Positions 1 to 11,528 of a stretch of DNA of 64,000 bases are shown here, in pieces; position 1 is the first letter of the stretch, and each line of letters opens with the position of its first letter. The notes beneath the pieces were generated by a model. The model made no database searches. It worked only from the letters and a program-made list of their open reading frames with translations, and was not told the origin of the DNA. The stretch covers positions 24,180 through 88,179 of the forward strand of contig DHHZ01000127.1 in the NCBI GenBank assembly GCA_002403515.1. Direction: 5' to 3'. Source of the DNA: Legionellales bacterium UBA4759 (GTDB lineage Bacteria > Pseudomonadota > Gammaproteobacteria > Legionellales > Legionellaceae). The position numbers and the translations under genes are program-made.

Positions 1-780
1 CGACAAGGTGGAACACCTTTGGTGGTGACAGAAAATGCAATGGTTTTAGGTATTGTAGTCTTAAAAGATGTGATTAAAACTTCTTTGAAAGAACGTTTTG
101 CAGAGTTTAGGAAATTGGGGGTACGTACCATTATGGTCACAGGCGATAACCCTCTAACTGCCGCAGCAATTGCTGCAGAGGCTGGTGTTGATGATTTTCT
201 AGCCAATGCAAAACCACAAAATAAATTGGATTTAATTCGACAATATCAAGAAAGTGGTTATTTGGTGGCTATGACAGGTGACGGTACAAACGATGCGCCG
301 GCATTAGCTCAAGCCGATGTTGGTCTGGCCATGAATAATGGTACGCAAGCCGCTAAGGAAGCTGGAAATCTTATTGATTTAGACTCAGATCCTACAAAAC
401 TGATTGATATTATTTATGCGGGGAAAATATTAATGATGACCCGAGGAGCACTAACCACCTTTAGTATTTGTAATGATATTGCAAAGTATTTCGCATTATT
501 ACCCGTGATACTTGCAAGCCTATATCCGCAATTAAAGGTTTTAAATATCATGCATTTGACCAGTCCTTCGCGTGCAATTATATCTGCATTAATTGCAAAT
601 GTTTTATTGATGTTAATGGTTGTTCCGTTGGCGCTCAAAGGAATCCATTATCAAGGTCAATCGCCCAAAGCCATTTTGAAAAAGAATTTGATGTATTATG
701 GAGTGGGGGGCGTGATCATGCCATTTGTGATGATTAAAGCTTTAGATTCCTTGTTTGCGAATTTAGGATGGTTGCTATGA
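1..780 (+). CDS. kdpB: K+-transporting P-type ATPase subunit KdpB, C-terminal part (5' end lies upstream of the window)
   Basis: Frame 1 is open from nt 1 (RQGGTPLVV...). It has the P-type hinge motif [18 protein letters not shown] and a KdpB-like C-terminal TM region. kdpC and kdpD follow. Confidence 0.92.
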   Translation, partial: RQGGTPLVVTENAMVLGIVVLKDVIKTSLKERFAEFRKLGVRTIMVTGDNPLTAAAIAAEAGVDDFLANAKPQNKLDLIRQYQESGYLVAMTGDGTNDAPALAQADVGLAMNNGTQAAKEAGNLIDLDSDPTKLIDIIYAGKILMMTRGALTTFSICNDIAKYFALLPVILASLYPQLKVLNIMHLTSPSRAIISALIANVLLMLMVVPLALKGIHYQGQSPKAILKKNLMYYGVGGVIMPFVMIKALDSLFANLGWLL

Positions 781-1385
781 ATGGACGTTTTTTTAAAGAT
801 TTTATGAGTGAATGGGTTCCCATGCTAAAGCTTTGGTTTGTCATGCTTTTTGTCATCCTAATGATGTACGTCATGCCCGCAACCATTTTTTCACATCTTT
901 TCTTTTATCAAAAAGCCCGTGGGAGTTTTATTCATCTTCATCATCAAACCATTGGGTCAAGCTTGTATGGTCAAAGTTTTTCCAGTCGTAAATATTTTTG
1001 GGGCCGACCTTCTATAACCTCATACCAAACAGATTTAGTGGATGAAAAAGATATTCATTGGGTTGGTGATAATTTCTGGAAAGATTTTGAAAAAAAACAG
1101 AAATTATACTGGCAGCAACAAGGGGTAAGTTCAGCGCCTGAAGAGTTGCTTTTTCCATCCTCTTCACAAGTTGACCCCCATGTATCTTTACAGGCCATTG
1201 AATTGCAGGTACCCAGAATTCTTCAAGAAAGACAAATCTCAGAACAAGCATTGAGAACATTAATTGAGAAAAATACTGAAAAACCTTTTTTATGGTTATT
1301 TGGTCAAACCCGGGTCAACGTTTTAAAATTAAATGTTGCATTAGACCAATATTCGGAAATCAATCATGGAACGACGAACCCCTGA
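768..1385 (+). CDS. kdpC: K+-transporting ATPase subunit KdpC (divergent)
   Basis: N-terminal TM helix. The GQSF..FWGRPS and QVDPHVS..A...Q..R motifs resemble E. coli KdpC. It overlaps the kdpB stop; an alternative ATG at 777 forms an ATGA overlap. Confidence 0.8.
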   Translation: MVAMNGRFFKDFMSEWVPMLKLWFVMLFVILMMYVMPATIFSHLFFYQKARGSFIHLHHQTIGSSLYGQSFSSRKYFWGRPSITSYQTDLVDEKDIHWVGDNFWKDFEKKQKLYWQQQGVSSAPEELLFPSSSQVDPHVSLQAIELQVPRILQERQISEQALRTLIEKNTEKPFLWLFGQTRVNVLKLNVALDQYSEINHGTTNP

Positions 1386-3924
1386 ATCATATCTGACGCA
1401 GGCAGAGGCGGAAGAAAAAAGGGCTCATCAGGGTAGCCTAAAAATTTATTTGGGCGCAGCACCTGGCGTAGGAAAAACTTACCAAATGCTTTCAGATGCT
1501 TTGGTGAAGCGTGCGCAGGGTATTGATGTTGTGATTGGTGCCGTGGAGACGCATGGCCGTCAAGAAGTAGAATCTTTGGCCAGTGCGTTTGAAAAAATCC
1601 CGCCTAGAATGATCAAAAAAGACAGTTTCACCTTAAGAGCATTAGATCTCGAAGCCATATACAAGCGATCGCCTGGCTTAATTTTGATTGATGAAGCAGC
1701 TTTTTCCAACCCTGAGGGGAGTATTCATCCAAAACGTTGGCAAGATATTTTAGATATTATTGACCGGGGCATTGATGTTTATACCACTTTAAATATACAA
1801 CATCTTGAAAGCTTAAATGATGTTGTGGGTCGTTTGATTGGTATCCCTGTTTATGAAACAGTGCCGGATGCTTTTTTAGAACAAGCTGCTGTCATCGAGT
1901 TAATCGACTTGCCATCTGAAGAACTGATAACACGTTTGAAAGAGGGAAAGGTTTATTTACCTGCTGAAGTATCTGTTGCCATACATCATTTTTTTAAAAA
2001 AGGTAACCTTGATGCATTGCGAGAGCTTGCCTTACGTATTGCGGCAGAACGCGTGAGTTCAGAGGTTGAAAGTGATTATTCCAAAAGTTTGTCATCTCGT
2101 TTGTTGTATCAAGAAGATACGCTGCTAGTTTGTGTGAATGATTATGTGGATATGCATCGATTAATTCGTGCTGCTAAAAGAATTGCCTCGCGATTAAATT
2201 GTCCTTGGCATGCTTTGTTTATCGACACAGGTGATCAAAAAAGTTTTTTTATTGCCCAACAACATCTGCAATTTGCTCAATCCTTGGGGGCTAAAACGCA
2301 TGTGGTATTTGCAAGCAATATTGCATCAGCAATAGAAGATTTTATTGAGCAACAAAAAATTACCCAAGTGGTTTTGGGAAAACAAAAATCCTATGGGTGG
2401 CGACCAACAAACTTATTTGAAAAGTTGGCCGTGAAATTGAAAGACATTGGAATTTATTTAATTGAATTACCAGCTCAGAAATTCAATTGGCTAGAGAAAA
2501 TAAAAAAACAATTTTCGATACAAAAAATTGCGATAATATTATTTTTGGTAGTTACCGCCTCTGCCATGGTCATGTTTAAAAATATATTTTCTCCATGGGA
2601 TTTTGGTTGGCTTACTGGATTATTTATTTTAGGTATTGCTTATTTTGGTGCGTGGCGATGGGTCTTTTTTTTGATGTTCTTATTTCTAGGCTTAGATTTA
2701 TTATTCAATGCCCGTTCATTTGAATTTTTAATGTCTGATACAGGCGCATGGCTGCGGCAATATGGTTCTTGGAGTTTATTATTTTTAAGTTTAAGTGCTT
2801 ATTTAATTTATGCTAAAAAACAAATTTTATTGGCTAGAGAAATTGAGCGTCATAACAGTCAATTACTGTCTTTTTATCAAGTGATAGCACACGTTCGGGG
2901 CATTGATGCGATATTAACGAATACCAATGAGTATTTGAAAAAATATTTTAAATTAAGCGCCAGATTTTTTTTGTATTCTGATAATTCACTCAAACAGGTT
3001 TTTCCTAAGGATGATGAGCTGTTATCTGATAAAGAGCAGGGGATTGTTCAGTGGGTGTATGAAAGTGGCGAGGAGGCAGGTGTTGGTACTGGTAATTTAA
3101 TTTTTTCTAAAGCTTATTATCTACCGATTGCAACCTCTGAGGGTATTTTTGGGGTTGCTCGTTTTGTAGGGCAAGGCCAAGAGATCATGGAGGGACAGAA
3201 AAAAATTCTCATGGTTTTAATGCAACAACTATCGACGAATCTGCAATTAGAAATGCAGCAGCAACAACAAAAATTTAAAGACCTTCATGCTGTAAAATTT
3301 CAAGTTAAAGATGATATCTTAAGAAAATTCTCCGAGCAATTTTATAAACCATTTTCCCAGTTAACTGAAAAACTCGCCGATGCTGCACCAAATACGGAGT
3401 ATTTCAAGGACTTGGTACGTCTTAAAAATCATTTAAAAGTGATACATTTTATATCTTTTGAAAAAAATAAAGAAAGAAAGACCTTACAAAATATTGTAAA
3501 AATTATCGAAGAAGTTGTGCGTGATAATTCAGACATTTGGTTGGATAAAAATATTCATTGGTCATTGCCAGACAATATACCAGAAGTAAAAGTTAATTAT
3601 GATTTAATTTATATTTTGGTAGACAATCTTTTGGATAATATCGCTATTCATGCCCATCCATCTGAAGGTATTGATATCGAAATTATTATTGAGAGCAAAG
3701 GTTTACGAATTAGCTTGGCCGATTATGGCCCTGGGTTCTCAGAAAAAGAATTGCAAAAGATATTCGAGTCTTTTTATCAAGGACATCAAGCACAAAGTAC
3801 AGGCTTGGGTTTAGGTCTTGCCTTATGTGAACGAATTGTTTCGTGGCATGGCGGTAAAATATGGGCCGAAAATCGCCTACCACGCGGCGCTATATTTTTC
3901 TTTTCATTGCCAATAGATACCTAG
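1366..3924 (+). CDS. kdpD: KdpD-like sensor protein (KdpD N-domain, Usp, 4 TM, GAF-like, HATPase) with a degenerate H-box
   Basis: P-loop GAAPGVGKTY, a Usp-like block, four hydrophobic helices, N-box LVDNLLDNIAIHA, G-boxes DYGPGF and GLGLGLALC. The H-box position reads SEQFYKPF instead of SHDLRTPL. Confidence 0.85.
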   Translation: MERRTPESYLTQAEAEEKRAHQGSLKIYLGAAPGVGKTYQMLSDALVKRAQGIDVVIGAVETHGRQEVESLASAFEKIPPRMIKKDSFTLRALDLEAIYKRSPGLILIDEAAFSNPEGSIHPKRWQDILDIIDRGIDVYTTLNIQHLESLNDVVGRLIGIPVYETVPDAFLEQAAVIELIDLPSEELITRLKEGKVYLPAEVSVAIHHFFKKGNLDALRELALRIAAERVSSEVESDYSKSLSSRLLYQEDTLLVCVNDYVDMHRLIRAAKRIASRLNCPWHALFIDTGDQKSFFIAQQHLQFAQSLGAKTHVVFASNIASAIEDFIEQQKITQVVLGKQKSYGWRPTNLFEKLAVKLKDIGIYLIELPAQKFNWLEKIKKQFSIQKIAIILFLVVTASAMVMFKNIFSPWDFGWLTGLFILGIAYFGAWRWVFFLMFLFLGLDLLFNARSFEFLMSDTGAWLRQYGSWSLLFLSLSAYLIYAKKQILLAREIERHNSQLLSFYQVIAHVRGIDAILTNTNEYLKKYFKLSARFFLYSDNSLKQVFPKDDELLSDKEQGIVQWVYESGEEAGVGTGNLIFSKAYYLPIATSEGIFGVARFVGQGQEIMEGQKKILMVLMQQLSTNLQLEMQQQQQKFKDLHAVKFQVKDDILRKFSEQFYKPFSQLTEKLADAAPNTEYFKDLVRLKNHLKVIHFISFEKNKERKTLQNIVKIIEEVVRDNSDIWLDKNIHWSLPDNIPEVKVNYDLIYILVDNLLDNIAIHAHPSEGIDIEIIIESKGLRISLADYGPGFSEKELQKIFESFYQGHQAQSTGLGLGLALCERIVSWHGGKIWAENRLPRGAIFFFSLPIDT

Positions 3925-3966
3925 ATATCATAATATGATGCTATCAATCTTAGGTGAAGAAACGAA

Positions 3967-6729
3967 ATGACCATCAAAATTAGAGGTGCAAAAACGCATA
4001 ATTTAAAGTCAGTGGATGTTGATATTCCACGTGATAAACTGACTGTGATTACTGGACTATCTGGTTGCGGTAAATCCTCTTTGGCCTTTGATACACTTTA
4101 TGCCGAAGGACAGCGTCGTTATGTAGAATCACTGTCTGCATATGCTCGTCAGTTTTTGTCATTGATGGAAAAACCTGATGTAGATTCTATTGAAGGCTTA
4201 TCTCCGGCAATTGCCATTCAACAAAAAGCCACTTCACATAATCCGCGCTCGACTGTTGGCACGGTAACAGAAATTTATGATTATTTACGATTATTATTTG
4301 CTCGTGTGGGGGACCCATATTGCCCTACGCATGGCATTCGTTTGAATGCGCAAACCATCAGTCAAATGGTTGATCAGGTCTTAGGCTTACCAGAAGGCGC
4401 TAAAATCATGATTTTAGCGCCGGTGGTTAAAGAGCGAAAAGGCGAACATATGCAACTGATGCAGCAACTCAAAGCCAAAGGGTTTTTACGAGTTCGCATT
4501 AATCAAGAATTGTATGAAATTGATGAGCTTCCTTCTTTGGATTCGAAAAAAAAGAATCAAATTGATGTTGTTATCGATAGGTGTAAAGTCAAAAAAGAGC
4601 ACGCCCAACGTTTAAGTGAATCTTTTGAAAATGCCTTGTCCTTAAGTGAAGGATTGGTGATTGTAGCATCAATGGATAACCAGTTTGACGACATTTTATT
4701 TTCAGCAAATTTTGCTTGTCCGCATTGTGCATTCTCACTGACTGAACTCTCGCCAAGATTATTTTCATTCAATAGTCCATTGGGTGCTTGTGAACAATGT
4801 GACGGTTTAGGTGCCTATGAATTTTTTGATGAAGCCAAAATTGTCTATAATCCCAATCTAACCATTTCCCAAGGGGCTATTGGTGGTTGGGACAAACGTT
4901 CGGGCTTTTATTTTAATATGTTGGCCACTTTGGCTATGCAATATGGATTTTCTTTAGAACAACCCTTTGATCAATTGCCCAAAGCCACGCAATCCTTAAT
5001 CTTGCACGGCGATAAGGGCCATTTTGTTGGTATTATTCCTTATTTAGAAAAAAGATATCGGCAGTATGATCCCAGTCGTTATCGAGAAGATTTTTCACAG
5101 TGGATGTCTGAAAAAACTTGTCAAACATGTTCGGGAGCGCGTCTTAAGTCTGCTGCTCGCTGTGTCAAAGTAGAAGAAAAAACTTTGCCAGAATTATCAA
5201 ACATGACTGTTATCGATTTGTATCATTTTTTTAAAAATCTTCATTTAACAGGTGCTAAACAACAAATCGCTGAAAAAATTAATGCGGAAATTATTGCCCG
5301 TCTTGGCTTTTTAAATGATGTTGGTTTAGATTATTTGAGCTTATCTCGGTCCGCTGAGACTCTTTCTGGTGGAGAGGCGCAACGTATTCGTCTTGCTAGT
5401 CAAATTGGTTCAGGTTTGGTTGGTGTGATGTATGTGTTAGATGAACCCTCGATTGGTTTGCACCAACGTGATAATCAGCGATTACTTGATACTTTATTCA
5501 AGTTACGTGATTTGGGAAATTCAGTGATTGTTGTTGAACATGATGAAGATGCTATTCGACATGCAGATTTTGTGATTGATTTGGGGCCGCGGGCTGGGGT
5601 TCATGGTGGCGAAATTGTTATCAGTGGAAAGCCCGAAGAGGTGATGAATTGCAAAAGCTCTTTGACCGGAGACTATTTGAGTGGGCGCTTAAAAATTGAA
5701 GTTCCATCCCAAAGACAAAAAGTATCTCCAGATAAAGTCATTCAATTGCGCGGAGTGAGTTGTCATAATTTAAAAAAATTAGATGTTGATATTCCATTGG
5801 GGATGATGGTTTGTATCACAGGGGTTTCAGGATCAGGAAAATCAAGTTTAATTAATGATACTTTATTTCCTTTGGCTGCTTTAGTTTTGAATGGTTCACG
5901 TCTTGCAAAAGATATTAAAATTGATTCTTATCATGGTTTGGCCCATTGCGATAAGGTCATTGATATTGATCAAAGTCCAATAGGTCGAACACCTCGTTCA
6001 AATCCTGCTACTTATACGGGTTTATTAACACCCATTCGAGAATTGTTTGCAGGCACCCCAGAAGCACGAGCAAGAGGCTACCAACCAGGTCGTTTCAGTT
6101 TTAATGTGAAAGGAGGGCGATGCGAAGCATGTCAGGGAGATGGCGTGACTCGTGTTGAAATGCATTTTTTACCTGATATTTTTGTTTCTTGTGATGTTTG
6201 TCAGGGAAAACGTTATAACCGTGAAACTTTAACAGTGACCTATAAAGGTAAAAATATTGCTGAGGTTTTAAGTATGACGGTAGAGGATGCAGCCAGTTTT
6301 TTTGAGGCAGTACCATCTATTGCTCGCAAATGTAAAACCTTAGAGGAAGTTGGTTTAGGGTATATTACCTTAGGGCAAAGTGCTGTAACACTTTCTGGCG
6401 GTGAAGCCCAGCGTATTAAATTGGCAAAAGAATTGTCAAAGCGCAGTACCGGAAAAACCTTGTATATTTTAGATGAACCAACAACGGGTTTACATTTTTA
6501 TGATGTCCAACAATTATTAAATGTTTTGCAGCGTTTAAGGGAGCAAGGCAATACCATCGTGATTATTGAACATCATTTGGATGTCATTAAAACCGCTGAT
6601 TGGATAATCGATATGGGGCCAGAAGGTGGCGATAGGGGAGGTCAAATTGTTGCTATGGGAAGCCCTGAAGATGTTGCGAATTGTAAAAACTCATATACAG
6701 GACAGTTTTTAAAGCCACTTTTGAAATAA
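3967..6729 (+). CDS. uvrA: Excinuclease ABC subunit A
   Basis: Two ABC modules (GLSGCGKSS and GVSGSGKSS; two LSGGEAQRI signatures), zinc-finger Cys clusters, 920 aa. Confidence 0.97.
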   Translation: MTIKIRGAKTHNLKSVDVDIPRDKLTVITGLSGCGKSSLAFDTLYAEGQRRYVESLSAYARQFLSLMEKPDVDSIEGLSPAIAIQQKATSHNPRSTVGTVTEIYDYLRLLFARVGDPYCPTHGIRLNAQTISQMVDQVLGLPEGAKIMILAPVVKERKGEHMQLMQQLKAKGFLRVRINQELYEIDELPSLDSKKKNQIDVVIDRCKVKKEHAQRLSESFENALSLSEGLVIVASMDNQFDDILFSANFACPHCAFSLTELSPRLFSFNSPLGACEQCDGLGAYEFFDEAKIVYNPNLTISQGAIGGWDKRSGFYFNMLATLAMQYGFSLEQPFDQLPKATQSLILHGDKGHFVGIIPYLEKRYRQYDPSRYREDFSQWMSEKTCQTCSGARLKSAARCVKVEEKTLPELSNMTVIDLYHFFKNLHLTGAKQQIAEKINAEIIARLGFLNDVGLDYLSLSRSAETLSGGEAQRIRLASQIGSGLVGVMYVLDEPSIGLHQRDNQRLLDTLFKLRDLGNSVIVVEHDEDAIRHADFVIDLGPRAGVHGGEIVISGKPEEVMNCKSSLTGDYLSGRLKIEVPSQRQKVSPDKVIQLRGVSCHNLKKLDVDIPLGMMVCITGVSGSGKSSLINDTLFPLAALVLNGSRLAKDIKIDSYHGLAHCDKVIDIDQSPIGRTPRSNPATYTGLLTPIRELFAGTPEARARGYQPGRFSFNVKGGRCEACQGDGVTRVEMHFLPDIFVSCDVCQGKRYNRETLTVTYKGKNIAEVLSMTVEDAASFFEAVPSIARKCKTLEEVGLGYITLGQSAVTLSGGEAQRIKLAKELSKRSTGKTLYILDEPTTGLHFYDVQQLLNVLQRLREQGNTIVIIEHHLDVIKTADWIIDMGPEGGDRGGQIVAMGSPEDVANCKNSYTGQFLKPLLK

Positions 6730-6822
6730 AATTTACAAAATATGAGACATAATGCTTCTTTTTAAAAATATTTTTGTTAGACTTATAGGGTAGTCATACA
6801 GTTTCGAAACGGAGAATAAAAA

Positions 6823-7077
6823 ATGAAAAAAATTTTAGTTGTATTGTCTATGTTAGTTTTAGGCGTTGGTTTAACAGCTTGTGGTAAAGGTTCTGAAAAT
6901 GCACCTGCTGCTGAAGAAACCAGTGCACCTGCTGCTGAAGAAACCAGTGCACCTGCTGAAGCTGCACCTGCTCCTGAAGCTGCACCTGCTCCTGAAGCTG
7001 CACCTGCTGAAGCTGCGCCTGCTGAAGCTGCACCTGCTGAAGCTGCACCTGCTGAAGCTACACCTGCTGCTCAGTAA
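6823..7077 (+). CDS. Small lipoprotein with a Pro/Ala/Glu tandem-repeat tail
   Basis: Signal peptide MKKILVVLSMLVLGVGLTAC with lipobox LTAC. GGAG-type RBS 8 nt upstream. The mature part is almost entirely PAAEETSA / PEAAPA / AEAAP repeats. A strong terminator follows. Confidence 0.7.
   Translation: MKKILVVLSMLVLGVGLTACGKGSENAPAAEETSAPAAEETSAPAEAAPAPEAAPAPEAAPAEAAPAEAAPAEAAPAEATPAAQ
6901..7074 (+). repeat. In-frame tandem repeats: 24-bp unit x2, then 15- and 18-bp units gcacctgct(cct)gaagct x8
   Basis: Read directly: gcacctgctgctgaagaaaccagt at 6901 and 6925; gcacctgctcctgaagct at 6964 and 6982; gcacctgctgaagct at 6949, 7000, 7015 (one mismatch), 7030 and 7045. Confidence 0.95.
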
Positions 7078-7084
7078 TATTGCT

Positions 7085-7118
7085 TACAGCACTACTTTTG
7101 TAGTGCTGTATTCTCTTT
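7085..7118 (+). terminator. Rho-independent terminator after the lipoprotein gene
   Basis: Perfect 11-bp stem tacagcactac / gtagtgctgta, loop tttt, followed by ttctcttt. Confidence 0.75.
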
Positions 7119-7277
7119 AAAATTATTTTTTCGCTCTAAGAACTCTTTTTTATATATTTACTATCATTTGATTTGAGCAATTTCTGGAATTGTTCAAGAA
7201 TAAATTTTCTAATCCTCTCATATCAAGGCTTCGGTTTTAGACTATAATCATTATATATTTCATTAGGAGCGTGACTT

Positions 7278-8345
7278 TTGAAAATTGCAATTCTTTCGAC
7301 AGGACATGAAATTGTTGCCGGTGAAGTTTTAAATACCAATGCCAAACAAATTGCCTATGACTTATCAAGTCATGGTTTAGAGGTAGTAACACATCTTTCA
7401 TGTCGCGACATTGAAGATGAAATGTTAGCTGCTTTAGATTATTTATCAGTCTATGACATGATTATCACGATAGGTGGACTTGGGCCAACTTGTGATGATA
7501 TCACGCGATTTGCCGTTGCTAAGTATCTGAAGTTAAAATTGACTGAACACCCTAAAGCTTATGAGCATCTTGTTGAATATCAACAAAAAGTCAGCACTTT
7601 AAAAATTGAAAATCGAAAACAAGAAACTTTATTTCCCCATGATGCTATTTTGCTCGATAATCCCAATGGTACGGCCATGGGTGCTTGGATTAATCATCAA
7701 AAACAAGTGCTTGTGATGTTGCCAGGACCACCCCGAGAATGTTTACCGATGTGGGAGAACTATGTTTTACCAGTTATTTTAGAACAATATCCATCCGGTC
7801 AAAATTGGTTACGTTGGTTGTGTTTTGGTATTCCTGAAGCAGCTTTGATTACAGATTTAGATGCTTTATTGCAAAACCATCCACATGAGCTCGGATATCG
7901 CGCTTTTCTTCCTTATGTGGAAGTCAAAGTTAAGGCCGATGAACCTCATCGAAGCCAAATAGAAGGCCTTTTAAATACATATTTTAAAGATAAACAATTG
8001 CTTGGTAATGAAATAGCCAGTCATGCTTTAAAAAAATTTTTGTTGGAAAAAAATGTTCAATTGAGCATTCGAGATCATCTGACTGGTGGCTTTTTAGAGG
8101 CTGCATTGATGGAGCCACGCTTGTATAGCAAGCTTTCTTTTCATCAAGAGCATCCATTGCATTTCAATTTATCAGGATTACACGATTTTTGGCATCAAAT
8201 TGAGCCCATGTCTCATGTGGCTTGTTTTTTTCAAATTGGCGAGGTGTTACAAAAATATGAGCCCAGCTCGCGTAGTCAAAATTTACCAAAATATGCGATG
8301 GAATGGGCTGCATTTAGTCTATTGAAATATTTAGAAAATCAATAA
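7278..8345 (+). CDS. CinA-like protein (MoCF-binding domain plus a short, degenerate PncC-like tail)
   Basis: TTG start. MKIAILSTGHEIVAGEVLNTNA and GGLGPTCDDIT are the CinA/MoaB-type signature. The C-terminal part keeps only an LTGG remnant of the PncC motif. Confidence 0.7.
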   Translation: MKIAILSTGHEIVAGEVLNTNAKQIAYDLSSHGLEVVTHLSCRDIEDEMLAALDYLSVYDMIITIGGLGPTCDDITRFAVAKYLKLKLTEHPKAYEHLVEYQQKVSTLKIENRKQETLFPHDAILLDNPNGTAMGAWINHQKQVLVMLPGPPRECLPMWENYVLPVILEQYPSGQNWLRWLCFGIPEAALITDLDALLQNHPHELGYRAFLPYVEVKVKADEPHRSQIEGLLNTYFKDKQLLGNEIASHALKKFLLEKNVQLSIRDHLTGGFLEAALMEPRLYSKLSFHQEHPLHFNLSGLHDFWHQIEPMSHVACFFQIGEVLQKYEPSSRSQNLPKYAMEWAAFSLLKYLENQ

Positions 8346-9442
<1,097 letters not shown>

Positions 9443-9712
9443 TTAGTTTGCTGCTTCCACAGCTTCGATGGTGACGTAGTGACGGTTTTTTAAACCTTTA
9501 CGAACGAATTTAACTAGACCTGGAACCATTGCAAATAAAGTATGGTCACGGCCTACACCAACGCCTGGGCCAGCGTGAAAACGAGTTCCACGTTGACGAA
9601 CTAAAATTTCTCCAGCCAATACATTTTGACCACCGAATCGTTTAACCCCAAGATACTTAGGATTCGAGTCGCGGCCGTTACGGGTACTACCACCTGCTTT
9701 CTTCTGAGCCAT
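9443..9712 (-). CDS. rpmA: 50S ribosomal protein L27
   Basis: [24 protein letters not shown]... is the canonical L27 N-terminus. Confidence 0.97.
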   Translation of the reverse strand: MAQKKAGGSTRNGRDSNPKYLGVKRFGGQNVLAGEILVRQRGTRFHAGPGVGVGRDHTLFAMVPGLVKFVRKGLKNRHYVTIEAVEAAN

Positions 9713-9743
9713 TTCTATTACTACCTATTAAAAAAATTACCGA

Positions 9744-10055
9744 TTAAGAATGAATCGCTTTAATTTGAACTGCTGTAAAGTTTTGTCTGTGTCCCATTTG
9801 TTTCATATGGTGTTTACGACGACGAAACTTAATAATTTTAATTTTCTTATGACGGCCTTGTTCTAATACTTCAGCTTCTACATTTGCTTTTTTCAATTTA
9901 GCAGGTTCAATGATTGTGGAACCCTCTTTAGAAACCATAAGAACTTTGTCAAATTTAACTGTAGAACCAACTTCAACAGGAAGTTGTTCGATTTTTAATA
10001 CATCACCGGCTTTAACACGATATTGTTTTCCGCCTGTTTGGATCACTGCATACAT
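9744..10055 (-). CDS. rplU: 50S ribosomal protein L21
   Basis: MYAVIQTGGKQYRV is the canonical start. The ORF-track N-terminal extension to 10097 is discarded. Confidence 0.95.
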   Translation of the reverse strand: MYAVIQTGGKQYRVKAGDVLKIEQLPVEVGSTVKFDKVLMVSKEGSTIIEPAKLKKANVEAEVLEQGRHKKIKIIKFRRRKHHMKQMGHRQNFTAVQIKAIHS

Positions 10056-10222
10056 AATATTACTCCAGCGTTTTTCGCTTAGATGGGTACAAAGCACTAT
10101 ATTTTAGACAAAAAAACGAAGTGCTTCAAGTTTTCTTTTAAATTAGTTATAATGACACGTTTTTTAAATAAAGTCATCTTTGTTTGGTCGCAAAGCAAAG
10201 ATATGTTTTGGAGTATAAAATT

Positions 10223-10885
10223 ATGTCAAATATTAAATTAGCTGCAGAGCTCAGACAAGACTGTGGTAAAGGTGCGAGCCGCCGCCTACGTCGTCTGAAC
10301 AATTTAGTTCCAGCGGTTGTTTACGGTGGTGACAAAGAAGCGATTTCTTTACAGTTACCACATAATAAAGTTATTAAAGCTTTAGAAGACGAGCATTTTT
10401 ATGCTAGTGTTTTAACATTAGATGTTGAAGGCGCTAAGAAAGAACATGTTATTTTAAAAGCATTACAACGTCATCCGTTTAAACCAGTGATTATGCATAT
10501 GGACTTCCAACGTGTTTCTCCTAACGATGAAATCACAAAAGTAATTCCATTGCACTTCTTAAATGAAGAGAAAGCACCTGGTGTAATCGAAGGTGGTATG
10601 GTGAATCACCATATGAATCATGTTGAAATCCGTTGTAAAGTGAAAAACTTACCTGATCATATTGATATTGATATTTCTGGATTACAAAACAATCAAGTAT
10701 TACATCTTTCTGATATTAAGTTACCAAAAAGTGTTGAATTGACTGTTGATTGTAAAGATGAAGTACATAACTTAGCAGTTGTAAGTATTCACAAACCACG
10801 CATTGAAGAAGAAGTTGAAGTAGAAGCTGAAGCTGAAGTAGCAGCTGATGAAGTTCCTGCTATCAAAGAAACCAGTGCAGAGTAA
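10223..10885 (+). CDS. rplY: 50S ribosomal protein L25 / general stress protein Ctc form
   Basis: MSNIKLAAELRQDCGKGASRRLRR. GGAG RBS at about 10210. Acidic C-terminal tail. ATG at 10223 is preferred over the upstream alternative start. Confidence 0.9.
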   Translation: MSNIKLAAELRQDCGKGASRRLRRLNNLVPAVVYGGDKEAISLQLPHNKVIKALEDEHFYASVLTLDVEGAKKEHVILKALQRHPFKPVIMHMDFQRVSPNDEITKVIPLHFLNEEKAPGVIEGGMVNHHMNHVEIRCKVKNLPDHIDIDISGLQNNQVLHLSDIKLPKSVELTVDCKDEVHNLAVVSIHKPRIEEEVEVEAEAEVAADEVPAIKETSAE

Positions 10886-10898
10886 TTGTATAAATATG

Positions 10899-10939
10899 AA
10901 CGGTGTTGGTGTTTTTTGACGTCAACACCGTTTTTTTTT
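10899..10939 (+). terminator. Rho-independent terminator after rplY
   Basis: 10-bp stem aacggtgttg / caacaccgtt followed by a T9 run. Confidence 0.8.
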
Positions 10940-10959
10940 GATTTAATTTGAAGAATATC

Positions 10960-11520
10960 ATGAGCATTAAACTGATTGTTGGTTTAAGAAATCCTGGTGA
11001 TAAGTATGCCAAAACACGCCATAATGCTGGTGCATGGGTACTTGAAGCCATAGGTTCTAACTGGCAACTAAAAAAAGATTTTTTAGGTGAAGTATCTGAA
11101 TTAACTTGGATAGATTGCAAAGCTTTAGGCCTTTTACCAAACACCTATATGAATTTAAGTGGCCAATCTGTTGGGGCTGTTACTCGTTTTTATCGTTATC
11201 AACCCGAAGAAATACTAGTGATACATGATGAATTGGATTTGCCTGTGGGGGCTATTCGTCTTAAAAAAGGCGGTGGACATGGCGGCCACAATGGTTTACA
11301 AGATATCATTCGACATTTAGGAAGTCATGATTTTTATCGATTAAGAATTGGAATTGGTCACCCTGGGGATAAAAAGGATGTGTCCAATTATGTATTGCAC
11401 GTCCCAAGTGCAAGTGAAAAAAAACTATTAGATGAAGCCATCGAGAAGATAATGCCTTTTTTACCCCAAATTATTAAAGGTGATATGGCTTTAGTGATGA
11501 ATGAATTACACCGACGTTAG
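10960..11520 (+). CDS. pth: Peptidyl-tRNA hydrolase
   Basis: [20 protein letters not shown] and GHGGHNGL motifs. ATG at 10960. Confidence 0.93.
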   Translation: MSIKLIVGLRNPGDKYAKTRHNAGAWVLEAIGSNWQLKKDFLGEVSELTWIDCKALGLLPNTYMNLSGQSVGAVTRFYRYQPEEILVIHDELDLPVGAIRLKKGGGHGGHNGLQDIIRHLGSHDFYRLRIGIGHPGDKKDVSNYVLHVPSASEKKLLDEAIEKIMPFLPQIIKGDMALVMNELHRR

Positions 11521-11528
11521 GAGGAATC

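Noticed and set aside
6848..7120. ORFs 6848-7048 (-) and 6881-7120 (+), which give LQQVQLQQ and HLLLKKPVH repeat proteins.
   Set aside because: They are alternative-frame and antisense readings of the same DNA tandem repeats. Only the + frame at 6823 has an RBS, a signal peptide with lipobox and a terminator.
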